Positions 13,748 through 26,566 of a stretch of DNA of 64,000 nt are shown piece by piece (within the stretch, counting starts at the first letter, position 1; each line of letters starts with the position of its first letter). A program made the position numbers and the translations under genes. Location: positions 65,226,001 to 65,290,000 of the forward strand of contig NC_087437.1 in NCBI RefSeq assembly GCF_036321535.1. Reading direction: 5' to 3'. The DNA is from Camelus dromedarius (taxonomy: Eukaryota). The notes beneath the pieces were generated by a model. That model had not been told where the DNA came from. It was given only the letters and a program-made list of their open reading frames with translations, and ran no database searches.

Positions 13748-13900
13748 CTTAACGGCACGGGCTGAGTCAGCATCTGCTGCACCTGCGTCCCTTGACTGTG
13801 AGCAAGCCGATTGCCGGAGGAGGCTGGCGTGCAGGCAGCTGCAGCAGAGGACAGAGTTCTGTCTAGGAGGTAGGGAAAGGAGAAAAAGACTTCAACAGAA
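13748..13900 (-). other. FBXO40: Probable FBXO40 non-coding exon 1 (5' end approximate)
   Basis: Strong minus-strand donor AAG|GTAAGC at 13748/13747, in a unique, locally GC/CpG-richer segment next to muscle-type promoter motifs. Confidence 0.5.
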
Positions 13901-14180
13901 ATAGTTCAAGTGTTTCAAAGTTAAAAATAAAACTATATCACAAGGGGCAATGTGACCAGGCTCGGCTTACGATTCTTTCTTCCCCCTGTATTTATCAACA
14001 CTCGGGCTCTGCTGGAGTGGCAGTTAGCAGGGGAAGCCGGAAGGCAAATGGGGTGTTATCTCAATGGGTTTTCTTTCCCTTGAGGAAGAAGGAAAATCCT
14101 TTTAAGAAGGATCATTTTCAAGGCCAGAGCAGTCTCTTAGACTCCTGTGCATTTGGTTGGCAGATCCAGCTGTGCTCAGG
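13830..14180 (-). promoter_or_regulatory. Putative muscle-type FBXO40 promoter (MEF2 site and CAGCTG E-boxes)
   Basis: TTAAAAATAA at 13921-13930 fits the MEF2 consensus YTA(W)4TAR. CAGCTG E-boxes lie near 13836 and 14167. FBXO40 is known to be muscle-expressed. Confidence 0.45.
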
Positions 14181-16510
14181 GTGGATGGTGGAGCGCTCAG
14201 GACAGGCTGCTGCTCTAATTATAACCATGCTTTTCACCTAAACCCATCACTGGCTGAGGAAGCAACTTGTGCAAGTGACATGTGGTCCTGTTTCTGTTTC
14301 TCCTATTTCTTGTCATGACAAGTAAGTGGCTGTCCTTTCCAGGCCCTCTTCTTTCCCTGGTGGTTGGGAAAGGGAGAGTTTATAATTCAGAAATCAGGTG
14401 TAAATTAAGTCCAGTGTGAGTGACTTAGAGGCTTAGCTATGACTTAGTCCAACTCTCTCTTTTTACAGATGAGGAAACAGAGATTTAGAGACAGTAGTGT
14501 TTGTCCAAGGTCACACGGCATGCCAGAGGAAGAGCTAGAGAAAAGGCTGTGATTCTAACTCCCAGGCTGGTGCTCTTCTTGATCTCATTCTCTTCAAAGA
14601 AACGCATTCAGCTATTTACTGAGGAAAGAAAATATGTAATCCTGGTTAGCTAATCTCTATATATGTGGCTTTGACCAAGTTACTTAACCACTCTCTAGCT
14701 CAATTTTCCCAGTTGTGAAATGAGAATGATAATACTTGGTGTGACTTTGTGTTAATAAGTTAGCCCATTATTATATGTCTAGCACATACTAAGTGCTCCA
14801 AAATGCTGGTGTGGACTAGAAAATATATGCTAAATTCTGCTGTAATTAACAGATACTGAATTCCCCTTTCCTCTGGATTCTTCCCTGCATATATATTCAC
14901 GTGAAGGTAAAATTTATCTGGGGTAAGCAATGAGCAGCTGAAAATTGTAAAAATTTTGTATACCGATCTTGTATCCTAAAACTTTGCTGAACTTGTTTAC
15001 TAATTCTAATAGTTTTCTTGTGCATTCCTTAGGATTTTCTATATACAAGATCATGCCCTCTGTGAATAGAAATATATTTATTTATTCCTTTTGAATTTGG
15101 ATGCCTTTTATTTCATTTTCTTGCCTTATTGCATTGTGTAGATATTCCAGCACTATGTTGAATGAAAGTGGTAAGAGCGGTCATCCCTAAACTTGGTCCC
15201 TGTTTCTAACCTTAGGGGAATAGTATTCAGTCTTTCACCCTTAAGTGCGATATTACCTGTGGACTTTTTGTAGATGACCTTTATCAAGTTGAAGGATTTG
15301 ATAGTTTATCCTAGTTTGTTGAGTGTCTTTTCTTTTTGTTGAAGTATAGTTGATTTACAATATTGTGTTAGTGTCAGGTATACAGTGTTGTGAATCAGTA
15401 TTTTTGCAGATTATACTTCATCATAGATTGTTATAAGATAGTGGGTATAATTCCCTGTGCTATACAGTATATCCTTGTTACTTATCTATTATATGTATAG
15501 TAGTTTGTATCTGTTAATCCCATACCCCTAATTTATCCCTCCCCACCTTCCTCTCCCCTTTGGTAAACACAAGTTTGTTCTCTATATCTGTCAGTCTATT
15601 TCTGTTTTGCATATATATTCATTTGTATTATTTTTTAGATTCCACATATAGGTGATATCATATAGTATTTGTCTTACCCTGTCTGACTCACTTCACTAAG
15701 AGTAATATTCTCTAGGTCCATTGCTGCAAATGACAGTAATTCATTTTTTATGTCTGAGTAATATTCCGTTGCATATATATACCAAATAGTCTTAACCCAA
15801 TCAACTGTAGATAAGCACTTGGGTTGCTTCCATGTCTTGGCTATTGTAAACAGTGCTGCTGTGTACACTGGGGTGCATGTATCTTTTTGAACTAGTGTTT
15901 TTGTTTTTTTCAGATGTATACCCAGGAGTGGGATTACTGGAAGATATGGTAAGTCTGTTTTTAGTTTTTTGAGGAAACTCCATACTGTTTTTCACAGTGG
16001 CTGCACCAATTTACATTCCCACCAACAGTGTACTAGAGTTCTCTTTTCTCCACATCCTTACCAACATTGGTTATTTGTAGACTTTATTTTATATATAGAA
16101 GTATAGTCAGTTTACAATGTTGTGTCAGTTTCTGGTGTACAGCATACTGCTTCAGTCATACATGAACATACATATATTCGTTTTCATGTTCTTTTTCACA
16201 ATAAGTTACTACAAGATATTGAATATAGTTCTCTGTGCTATACAGTATAAACTTGTTGTTTATCTATTTTATATATATTAGTTGGTATCTGCAAATCTCA
16301 AACTCCTAATTTATCCCTTCCCCCTGCTGTATTATTGTACGTTCACCAATTATAACAGATGTACCAATCTGGTCTAGGGTTGTTAGTGGGGAAGGCAGAA
16401 TGTATGTGGGAGCAGGGGCTAAATGGAAAATCTCTGTACCTTCTGCTCAGTTTTCCTGTGAACTTAAAACTTCTCTAAAAAAAAAAGACTATTAAAAGAT
16501 CAAGTGATTA

Positions 16511-16511
<1 letters not shown>

Positions 16512-16541
<30 letters not shown>
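16512..16541. repeat. (AAC)n microsatellite
   Basis: Run of about 9-10 aac units. Confidence 0.9.
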
Positions 16542-16542
<1 letters not shown>

Positions 16543-17079
16543 GAAAACATCACAACCTAAGGGTCAATGTCTAGGTCCACAGTCCTACCCTGAAAGATCC
16601 CTCTGTGATGACACGAATGTGGTGGGTAACAGGACATGCTAACCCATTACTGCTACTATCTCTGTTAGTTTCCCCCAGTGAATGTTGATCCAATTATTGT
16701 TACTATATGAAGTGTGCTACCAGATTGTTCACATTATAATTTCTTCCATGTTTGATTAATTATTTGGAAATGTTCTTTTTACTTTTCTAAATAGAGAGGT
16801 TGGAGTTTCTTCTAATTGCCTTATGATCAAAGAATGCTGTTTGTATGTTATTGATTTATTTGAGTTTGTTAAGATTTGCTTTGTGGTCTAGTATGTAGTC
16901 ATTATAGGCTTGAGAAGAATGTGTATTCTCTACCAGTTGAATGCAGAAGCCTACACACTTTCATTAAATCAAGCTTATTAACTGAATAGTTTAAATCTCT
17001 ATCCATACTAAATTTGTATCCATTTGACCTATCAGTTATTAAATATTATATTCAAATCATCCACTATGATTATGTAGTT

Positions 17080-17221
17080 GTTTTTTGTTTTTGTTTTCAG
17101 GAGGTAGGTAATTAGGTTTATTTATTTAGTTAGCTGTTTTAATGGAGGTACTGGGGACTGAATCCAGGGCCTTGTGCATTCTAAGCATGTACTCTGACCA
17201 TTCAGCTACACCCTCACCCCC
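17080..17221 (-). mobile_element. tRNA-Ala-derived SINE (Vic-1-like)
   Basis: Reverse complement has a tRNA-like head (gtagctgaatggtcagagtacatgcttagaatgcacaaggccctggattcagtcccc) and an aataaataaacctaattacct tail. Confidence 0.8.
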
Positions 17222-19223
17222 TGTATTTGTTAAGTTTCCCTAAGAATTTTGTTAATTTTCTCTTTATATATTTTGAGAATATGTTGTTAAATATATACAA
17301 ATTCAGAATTATTGTATCTTTTAAGTTTCCTTTTATCCTTGTCTAATGTAGTTTTATTTCCTATAAATTGTTTTACCTTAAAGTTTAATTTGACAGATAT
17401 TAATATAACTATGCCAGCTTCCTGCCTGCTTAATAAAAGGTTGGTTTGAGATCCTATTCTTTAAAAATAGGCTTTTGCAGCTATAAACTTCCTTATAAGC
17501 CCTGATTTTGCATCATCCCATAAGTTTTGTTTTATTCTGTTTTTGTTTCCATTTATCTTGGAATGTTTCCTAATTTTCCTTCTGATTTCTTCTTCACTTA
17601 TTGGTTATTTAAGGAATGTGTTTTTAATATCCATACATTTGTGAGTTTCATGAATTTTCTTTTGCTATTGATCTCTAATTTCATTCCATTGTGTTTGGAG
17701 AACATATTTTATATGATTTTAACTCTTTTAAGTTGATTATTTTATGGCTTCAGATGCCTTTTATTCAAAACATTTCCTATGTTTTTTTAAAAAAATTATT
17801 TATATATTTATTTTATAATATATTTTTTAATTGAAGTATAGTTGATGTATATTATATGCTACAGGTATACAATACAGTGATTCACAAATTTTTAAAGGTT
17901 ATACTCCATTTATAGTTACTATAAAATATTGGCTATATTCCCCATGTTGTGCAGTACATCCTTGCAGCTTATTTTGTTTTATTTTTAACATTTTTTTTAT
18001 TGAGTTACAGTCAGTTTACAATGTTGTGTCAATTTACAGTGTAGACCACAATTTTTCAGTTATACATGAACATACACATTCTTTTTCACTGTGAGCTACC
18101 ACAAGATCTTGTATATATTTCCCTGTGCTATACAGTATAATCTTGTTTATCTATTCTGCATATGCCTGTCAGTATCTACAAATTTCAAACTCCCAGTCTG
18201 TCCCTTCCCACCCCTTGTAGCTTATTTTATACCTGATAGTTTGTACCTCTTAATCCTCCACCTTCATGTTGCCCCTCCTCTCTCCCCACTGGTAACCACT
18301 AGTTCTGTCTCTACATCTGTGAGTCTGTTTCTTTTCTGTTATATTCAATAGTTTGTTGTAATTTTTAGATTTCACATGCGATATCTTACAATATTTGTCT
18401 TTTCTCTGTCTGACTTATTTCGCTTCGAATAATGCCCTCCAAGTCCATCCATGCTGTACACCAGAAACTAATACAGCATTTTAAATCAACTGTACTTCAA
18501 TTAAAAAGCAAACAAACAACCTAACTTTATTCAAGTTTTAAAGTTTTCTGTACAGGTCTTAATTTTCTTAGTTAATTCCTAGATACTTTATACTTTTCAT
18601 TGAGAGGTACTTATTTTATTACGTGTTTATGATTGGTTTTGAGAAATGCTATTAATTTTGTAGGTTATTTACGTAGCTGGAAAATGTGCTTATCTGTAAT
18701 TCTAAAAGTTTCACTGTTGATTTTGTTGGTTTTCCTTGACGATCATCTCTTTCAAAAAATCTGTTTTTCCTCTTCCTCTGCCAGTTCTTACATTTCTTAC
18801 TGCATATGCACTTATACTATATTAAAACTAATAGTGATGGTGATTTCCCCCTAAATTCTGACCGAAAATACCCTTTAGAAAATCCTAGACCTAAAGATTT
18901 AAAATAAAATATGAGTTTATAACCTGCTTCCATTAAAAGTGGATGAACCTGAAAGGCTGCTGGCCTTCTTTTAAAAAGTCAAAGATAGTTTTGAGAAGAG
19001 GGAATTTTGTTGCCTCGTCGGCTGTCTAAGGGACTAGAAAGACCTTTTCCAGGGGGAGTTGTGGGGCTGGTTATGTACTACTGAGCTATACTTGGAGAAA
19101 ACTAGTTTTTACAACATTTCCATGGAAATCAAAGTTACACTGAACCAGATGTTTGGTTTAAGAAGCAGACAAAAGGAAAAGGTATGTACAAGATGCAAGA
19201 TCCTTTTTCTATGCTATCTGCCA

Positions 19224-19229
19224 TTTATT
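19224..19229 (-). terminator. Candidate ARGFX polyadenylation signal AATAAA
   Basis: Plus strand tttatt at 19224-19229, about 175 nt downstream of the ARGFX stop. Confidence 0.35.
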
Positions 19230-19403
19230 AGTACTTTGATAAGAGAAATCCAAAGTCCACCACACTACTAGAGGGGTTCTGGAATTCTAGGCTCTCTCTT
19301 AAGATGAAGGCTGCAAAGCTCCAGTTTGTTGTACTAAACCGGGTTTGCCCAGGAGGTAAACCTACAGCTGGACCTGCAAAGATGCTAAGGGAGGAACTCT
19401 ATT

Positions 19404-19811
19404 CTAACTGGGCCTTGTTGGTGAGAGATACTGATAGAGAGAGTGGAAAGAATAGCTGGCTATCTCATCTTCATCAGGAAAACTGTACATTTCCATGATT
19501 TGGGCTATGTCATAGGCATCAGAGTACAAAGCAGGAACTGAGGCCACCAGCCTCTCCAACTGAGGATCTTGGATTTGGACATCACTTGTAGGACTCTCAG
19601 TGAGAACAGAGTCCCCCACCCAATTGAAAGGGCCTAAGGGCTGAGGTGAGAAGGAGCTACAGAAATCTGAAACTGTTGGGGGGAAAAAATGAGGACTTGT
19701 TGATGCTGTTGACACGTTCTTGGCTGGAAGGATCTGGTTTGGTGGCTTCAGTGATTTCTGTTGCTGCTGCTGCTGCTTCCTCATTTTGAACCGCCGATTC
19801 CTGAACCAAAT
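19404..19811 (-). CDS. ARGFX: ARGFX last coding exon (homeodomain helix 3, polyQ, C-terminal region)
   Basis: Acceptor ccccactcccAG|ATT at 19811. Translates IWFRNRRFKMRKQQQQQQKSLKPPNQILPAKN...LERLVASVPALYSDAYDIAQI...LYQYLSPTRPS*. WFRNRR places Arg at homeodomain position 50. Strongly resembles recalled human ARGFX. Confidence 0.93.
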   Translation of the reverse strand: MWFRNRRFKMRKQQQQQQKSLKPPNQILPAKNVSTASTSPHFFPPTVSDFCSSFSPQPLGPFNWVGDSVLTESPTSDVQIQDPQLERLVASVPALYSDAYDIAQIMEMYSFPDEDEIASYSFHSLYQYLSPTRPS

Positions 19812-20583
19812 CTGGGAGTGGGGGAAGAGAGGAGTTTATAGTCTGTTACTGAAGAAGGAGTTTGAGGCTTCTCCTGGGTGAAAAAAGCCAAACTGTAACC
19901 TTCATGCCCTCTCTCCAAGTCACCATGATACTGAGTTCTGAGAGAGCAGAAGTAGGTATGAATGGAGTCAATAGGAACAGTGAGGGATCAGGACTGGGCC
20001 CCAGAGAGAAGAGAAGGAAATAAAGGGGGTACATTTCAGAGGTTATACTGGGGGTTCAGAGAAAGTGTCCTGAACTCCAGAAGAGAAGCAAGTTCAGAAA
20101 TCTAGACAGAGGTAAGGAATTTGAACTGAGGGATTTTCGATGCTTATTTTAGAAGGCCTGTACAGTGAGGACTAGTCTTAACAAAAACTGGGGGCCTTAG
20201 CAGACTCAGAAGCTGGGGGAAGTTATTTGTCTGTTGGTAATGTCGTGAATAAACAGATTGTAGGGTTTTGCTTGAGAAGACCCTAAGTGAGGCGTCTGTC
20301 TGGATGAGATCCCTTCCTCTAATTTGAGCTCTGCAGGACAAGACCTCCGGAGTTCTAATTCCAATTACGCTACATATTATCTCTGTGACCCAGTTGCTTT
20401 GCTCCCAAAATTGGATGACAGTGAAGGCAACATATACAATGTGCCCAGCTCAGCACTAGCACACAGTAGGTACTCAGTAAAAGAAGTATTACTACTGCTG
20501 TGTTATGGAGGGGATTTCCAGGCTGAACAGTAGAATGTGATTTGGGTGAGGGTACAAAGTACACCTCAGAGGATCAGACAGAC

Positions 20584-20732
20584 CTTTACTGTTGAGTCTG
20601 GTAGGTTGAGTTTTAAAGCAAGTTTTCTCTGGAGATTTTTATCTGGAAACATGTTGCAGCTAAACAGAGCCTCCAATTCTTTGTGCTGTGTTTGGGTAAA
20701 TGAGGTGCGTTCTTGATGCTTCTTGCATTTCT
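20584..20732 (-). CDS. ARGFX: ARGFX homeobox exon (helices 1-2)
   Basis: ctctacAG|AG AAA TGC...GTA AAG|GTCTGT, 149 nt. Encodes KCKKHQERTSFTQTQHKELEALFSCNMFPDKNLQRKLALKLNLPDSTVK with no stops. The intron falls at the PRD-class position just before IWF. Confidence 0.93.
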
Positions 20733-23295
20733 CTGTAGAGCAGAAATGGAGAGGCGGTGGTTACATTAACATGGTCCGCTTCCGGCTCAAATCCCCCTAG
20801 AAAACCACAGCTGTGATTTCCCATGACTTCCCCCACCCAGGCTTGGAATCAGGAGATAAAGATCTTAACTCCAGGAGGCTGAGACCTATGTAACAGTGCT
20901 CTGTCCTCTGTTTTCTGAGATTAGTTTTTCCCTACTAGGAAATTCTACCTCTTCAATTTTCTATGTACCCAGTCTATTTGCTTTGGAAACTGGTTTCCTT
21001 GTGTTTCAGTTTTCCCTGCACTGAAAACAGAAAAAACTTTTTCCCTCTTACTCGGTCTGTCTACCCTGCCTAACCTCAGGACAGTGGATGGGGCTTCCCT
21101 TATCGTCTTTTCCACACTGTTTCTTTTAGAAACTGGGAAGAAACCTCGTGCCCCTGCACCTGAGTATAACACACTCTTCAAAATGGGTTTCCTCTTTTCA
21201 TTTATTTATTCAGGAACCCAGTCTATCTTGTCTGGCAAGTGAGTTTTTTTCTTTCCCAGGCTTTCTGAAGCTCTATTTACTCCTCTGGGAAAAGATACAT
21301 ATGAAATGAGACATGACTAAATATGTGGAGACAATTGAAAAAATTATAAAATATTTTTAAAAAATGACAATAGAGAGAAGAAGGAAATTTTCTAAGAAAA
21401 TATGATCACCAATATTTGCTTAAAAAGGACTGTAGGCACTGAGCAGACTAATAACCACACAAAAACATAGGTAAGTTACAGAACTCAAGGCAATGCTGTG
21501 CTAATTCTCCTGTTATACACCCATTTCACTAGATGGAAGAAGAGTCTTTACTTGGGCCTCACTTCTTGTATTTGAAGTCCCTAACACCAATCCTAACACC
21601 AGACAAGAATAAACACTATAAACAAAACTGTAAGACTAATGCCACTTATGTACATGGATGGAAATAACTTTAACAAAATATATTTAATATAATCACATAT
21701 TTAAATGTACATATTCCTAAATTTATACTATCTAATTTATTTTTGAAGTTCACATATATGTATTTGAAACCAAATATATAAGATATTCATTTATAAATAC
21801 TGATTTTTTCTACTCACATTTCACCAAACTATTCAAACTGTTTGCATTGACTTTAAACAGCCATAGCTTCATCGACATTCTGATCCTATTCTTTAAATTA
21901 AACAGTGTAGTTTTATCAGGTACATAATCTTTACTTTGAAATAAGTTTTTGTGATACAGCACTTTTGGAAAGTGTTTATGAAATGCTATCGCTGGGAATT
22001 TTGTTCTAAGTTACAAGGAGAACCCCCCAAACACCAACAGGTGTACATTGGAAATTTCGGCAAACCATCCTCAGAAAAGCATCTGTGAAAAGATGCTTCA
22101 GACATACAGAAGTTGAATAATCCATCACCAGTAAACCTACACTATAGAAATGTTAAAGGTCACCCTTCAGGAAAATGTCATGTATCTGAAAGGATTTGCA
22201 CCTTATATCTCAAAAATAAGAAGACCAACATTCCAATTAAAAAGCTTTTAATCCTAATTAAAAGATTTGAATAAGCATTTCACCAAAAAAGATATATAAA
22301 TGGCATGTGAAGGAATGTGCAGAAACTGGAATTCTCAAACAGTGATTGGAAATTGTTGGTGAGACTGTAAAATGATAAAGCCACTTTGAAAAACTGTCTG
22401 GCAGTTTCTTCCTATGAATCTATCTGCCCAAGAGAATAAGAACATTTATCTATGCAAAGATTTATATGCAACTATTAGTAGCAGCATTGCTTGTAATTGC
22501 CAAAATTTGGTAACAATCCAAATCTCCTTATTGAAAGGATATACAAATGTTGTATATTCATACAATGGAAAACCATTCAGCAATAAAAGGAACAGATTAC
22601 CGATACATTTTACAACATGGATGCACCTCAAAAACATTATATTAAATGAGATACGTATTTACTGAGATTGAATGATAGACTCATGAAGGTAAGTATATTA
22701 TTCTGTTTTTGTTTCTATTTGAAATTTTCTGTATAATAAAATGTTAAAATAAGTTTAAAACAATCTTCAGCAATTATTTTTTCCAAAAGAAGAGGGGTTC
22801 ACCCTGAGATGGAACTGCTTTGGGCAGGAACTATGTTTGCTAAGGTGAGTGGCTGGAAGAATTGGAGTGGAGATTCAGTAATCTCTGACTTGTTTGTGTG
22901 TAACAGTAGAAATTTTGCTTATAAACTGTACTTTTCTAGGAATGTGATCATGAATGGGTTGCTTAAACTCTTCACTTCAGTTTCATTAAGCATAAAAAGG
23001 GAATGCTATGAGTATCTATTTTATAATAGGGTTTGTAATGTATTACATGAATGTATTAATGTAAGTTATAAATACACACAAAACACTAGAATAATGCATG
23101 GCATGTTATATGCACCAAATAAGTATTTTATTATTAACCTCCTCAGCATATCAAGTGTAAGTTAGGAAAACATTGCCACTTAAAATAGTTTAATAGCTTT
23201 ATAGACAATAAATTTTAAAAACCACATTACTAGTTCTTGGGGGAAAGGTGTGGCTTTATAGACAATAAATTTAAAAAACCACATTATTAGTGCTT

Positions 23296-23416
23296 GGGAG
23301 AAAGTTGTGGCTCAGGTGGTGGACCGTGTGCTCGGCACCCAGGAGGTCGAGGGTTAGATCCCCAGTGCCTCCTCCAAGCAGAGGTCAATGAAGAATCCTA
23401 AAAAAAAAAAAAAAAA
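23296..23416 (+). mobile_element. tRNA-derived SINE, diverged, with poly(A) tail and TSD
   Basis: tggctcaggtggtggaccgtgtgctcggcacccaggaggtcgagggttagatcccc, an A-tract at about 23400-23417, and flanking attactagttctt. Confidence 0.75.
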
Positions 23417-24245
23417 ATTACTAGTTCTTATTTTCCTATGTAATGTGTATAGGAAATATATTTCCTTTAAAAAAATTATAGTTTATGTATAAAATATAAA
23501 GAGTAGACTACAAAAATTGTAACTATTTTAGTGACTGCCTCAGAGAATAAAAGAGGTGCCATAGAACTGGTAGGAATGATCATTAAATAAATACTTTCAT
23601 TAATTTCTATTATTTTATTTTTTAATAAATGACACTAAGCTATATATTTCTTGTGTGATTTACTTAGAGCATGAAGTTGGAAGGAGCAACTGGAAAAAAA
23701 TGTGTTCATATGTTAACAGGGTTTTTTTTCTTTTTGGTGGTGAGATTATGGATACTTGTTATATTATTTATTGTTCTCTTCTGTATTTTAAGGAATAAAA
23801 TGTTAAGACAATCAACTACATTAACGTTAACAGTTGGAATACATCTTCATGATCATATCAAAAGATGACAAAAAAATTTGTAAATTCTATACTCATTTCT
23901 GATAAAACTTTGAACAAGGTATGAATAGAAGGCATTTCCTTAACCAAAAGAGTTCAGCATAAAAAGAATAAATATTTAATGAAGAAACATTAGTAGCACT
24001 GCAACTAAAGTAAATAAAAGGCAAAAGTACACTCTAACATAGGTATTGTGCAGCATTGTCCTGGTGCACCAGGCAAAATAAGTAAGAAATAAGTAGTATA
24101 ATGGAGAAGCAAAAGTGTCATTTGCAACAACAATAAAATTCTCTCTGAAGAATCCACTATAAACATGTAATATTTTATAAAACATATTGGAAGAATATAA
24201 GATTAAGATGTAACCATTAGTTGCTATAAAATGTAATGTCAACAT

Positions 24246-24320
24246 AATTCAGTGGTAGAGTGCATGCTTAGCATGCACAAAGTTTTGGGTTCAATCCCCA
24301 GGACCTTCATTAAAAAAAAA
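24246..24320 (+). mobile_element. tRNA-Ala-derived SINE (5' truncated)
   Basis: cagtggtagagtgcatgcttagcatgcacaaagttttgggttcaatcccc followed by an A-tract. Confidence 0.8.
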
Positions 24321-24503
24321 GGGATCCTATATACGATAACATCAAAATATATAGAATGCCTAACAAGGCATCTAAATGAAATATGTAGGAACTATATGAA
24401 ATAAACTATAAAATTGTACTAAAGGGCTTAAATGATCTGAATATATAGAAGTATATTATGTTCTTGAAATAAACATCTGAACATTAGAAATGTCCATTTC
24501 CCA

Positions 24504-24589
24504 TTTTTTATAATGAAGGTACTAGGAATTGAACCCAAATTTTGTGCATTCTAAGCATGCACTCTACCACTGAGCTATAGCCACCCTCC
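24504..24589 (-). mobile_element. tRNA-Ala-derived SINE
   Basis: Reverse complement reads tatagctcagtggtagagtgcatgcttagaatgcacaaaatttgggttcaattcc followed by an A-rich tail. Confidence 0.8.
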
Positions 24590-24679
24590 ACTTCAATTTA
24601 ATCTTAATCGACATCTCAGCAGAAATTTTTACTGAGCTTGAAAAGCTGAGTCCAAAACTGGGAAGAGAGGCCAAACTTT

Positions 24680-25388
<709 letters not shown>

Positions 25389-25630
25389 TGAGGGGATCAT
25401 GAGAACCTCTGATTTATAGCCAGTTGGTCAGAAGCACAGGTGACAATCTGGATTTGTGATTGGCATCGAAAGTGCAAGGAGTCTTGTGGGACTGAGCCCT
25501 TAACCTGTGGGACCTGATGCTTTTTCTGGGGAGCGTGAGAATTGAGTTGAATTGTAGGATACTCAGCTGGTGTCACGAGAATTGCTCTGTATGGGGAAAA
25601 TGTCCACATATTGGAATTGGTGTCAGGATT
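25389..25630 (+). mobile_element. MER21-like LTR fragment
   Basis: gatttatagccagttggtcagaagcacaggtgacaatctgga...gtcttgtgggactgagcccttaacctgtggga...gaattgagttgaattgtagga resembles the recalled MER21 consensus. Confidence 0.7.
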
Positions 25631-25928
25631 GTATCCTGCTCTGGGAAGGGAGCTTTCTGTATTTCTATCTCTCTATGCTTCAGTCCTTCTCTCCTAGAAA
25701 AACATTCTTACTTGTTCTGTATCTTGTGTTCTTAGCTTATGTATCATAATTTGGTCAAGCAGGAGCCAAAGGCACTTGACCTTGATATGAAATTGATAGC
25801 TTCCCCTTTTATGATGGGAATATTTTTAAAATAGACTTTTGAAAAAAAAAGCTGTTTCAGAACAAATTCAAAATACAATTACAGGGCCCCGTGTAAAGAG
25901 GGCAAGAGTGGAGGAGAGTTATACTCAC

Positions 25929-26046
25929 TGGGACCAGCCAGTAACTGTGAATCATCCTGGGAGTTCATGCTGGAATCATCCACATAGATAAAAGGATCTG
26001 GCTGGGGGTTCTCTTGGGCCATTTTGTTCATCAGGGGTGCTGACAT
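25929..26046 (-). CDS. ARGFX: ARGFX first coding exon
   Basis: ttctttgccAG|ATG TCA...GGT CCC A|GTGAGT, 118 nt. Encodes MSAPLMNKMAQENPQPDPFIYVDDSSMNSQDDSQLLAGP (recalled human MRNRMAPENPQPDPFI). Phase 1 matches the next exon. The start ATG is ambiguous among in-frame Mets. Confidence 0.88.
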
Positions 26047-26566
26047 CTGGCAAAGAAAGCCTTTATGAGAAAGAAGACACTGATGAAGTCATTCATTTAA
26101 CTGGAAAGCAGTGTTTTCAAGGGGCTTGTGTTTGCTGTAACGGTCTCAGACAAATGAGGTTAATCCCCCACGTCTCTACCACAGCTGGAAAATGATTTAC
26201 ATTTTATACCATAGAAAAATAGTCCAGAAGTATTAGTCAAAAATGAAACTTTGGAAATATTAAGAGAAAATGTGTGTCAATATCTTTGTGACTCGGAGTA
26301 GGGGATATTTTCTTTAGTGAGATTGTTGAAACATAGTCTATAAACAGAAAGATGAATCAATTAGACAATTAGACCAGATCAAATGACTTTAGATTTCTCA
26401 TCGGAAACCAAGGAAGACAGATAGTGGAACAAAATCTTTCAAGTGCTTAAAGGAGAGAACTGCCAACTCAGAATTCTATATTCAGGAAAATATCCTTCAA
26501 GAGTAGAAGGTGAGGGAGTGAGATAATCATAGAATAACATGCAGTTATAAAAAATAAAATAGAGAA

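Larger units (their letters stand above)
14940..18620 (-). mobile_element. Cluster of nested LINE-1 fragments (ORF2 end and 3' UTRs)
   Basis: Minus-strand ORFs such as AALFTIAKTWKQPKC are L1 ORF2 C-terminal remnants. Several ttttaattgaagtatagttgat-type L1 3' ends are present. Confidence 0.85.

Noticed and set aside
15793..15803. DUX-type motif TAACCCAATCA
   Set aside because: A single match inside an L1 fragment downstream of ARGFX, with no supporting context.
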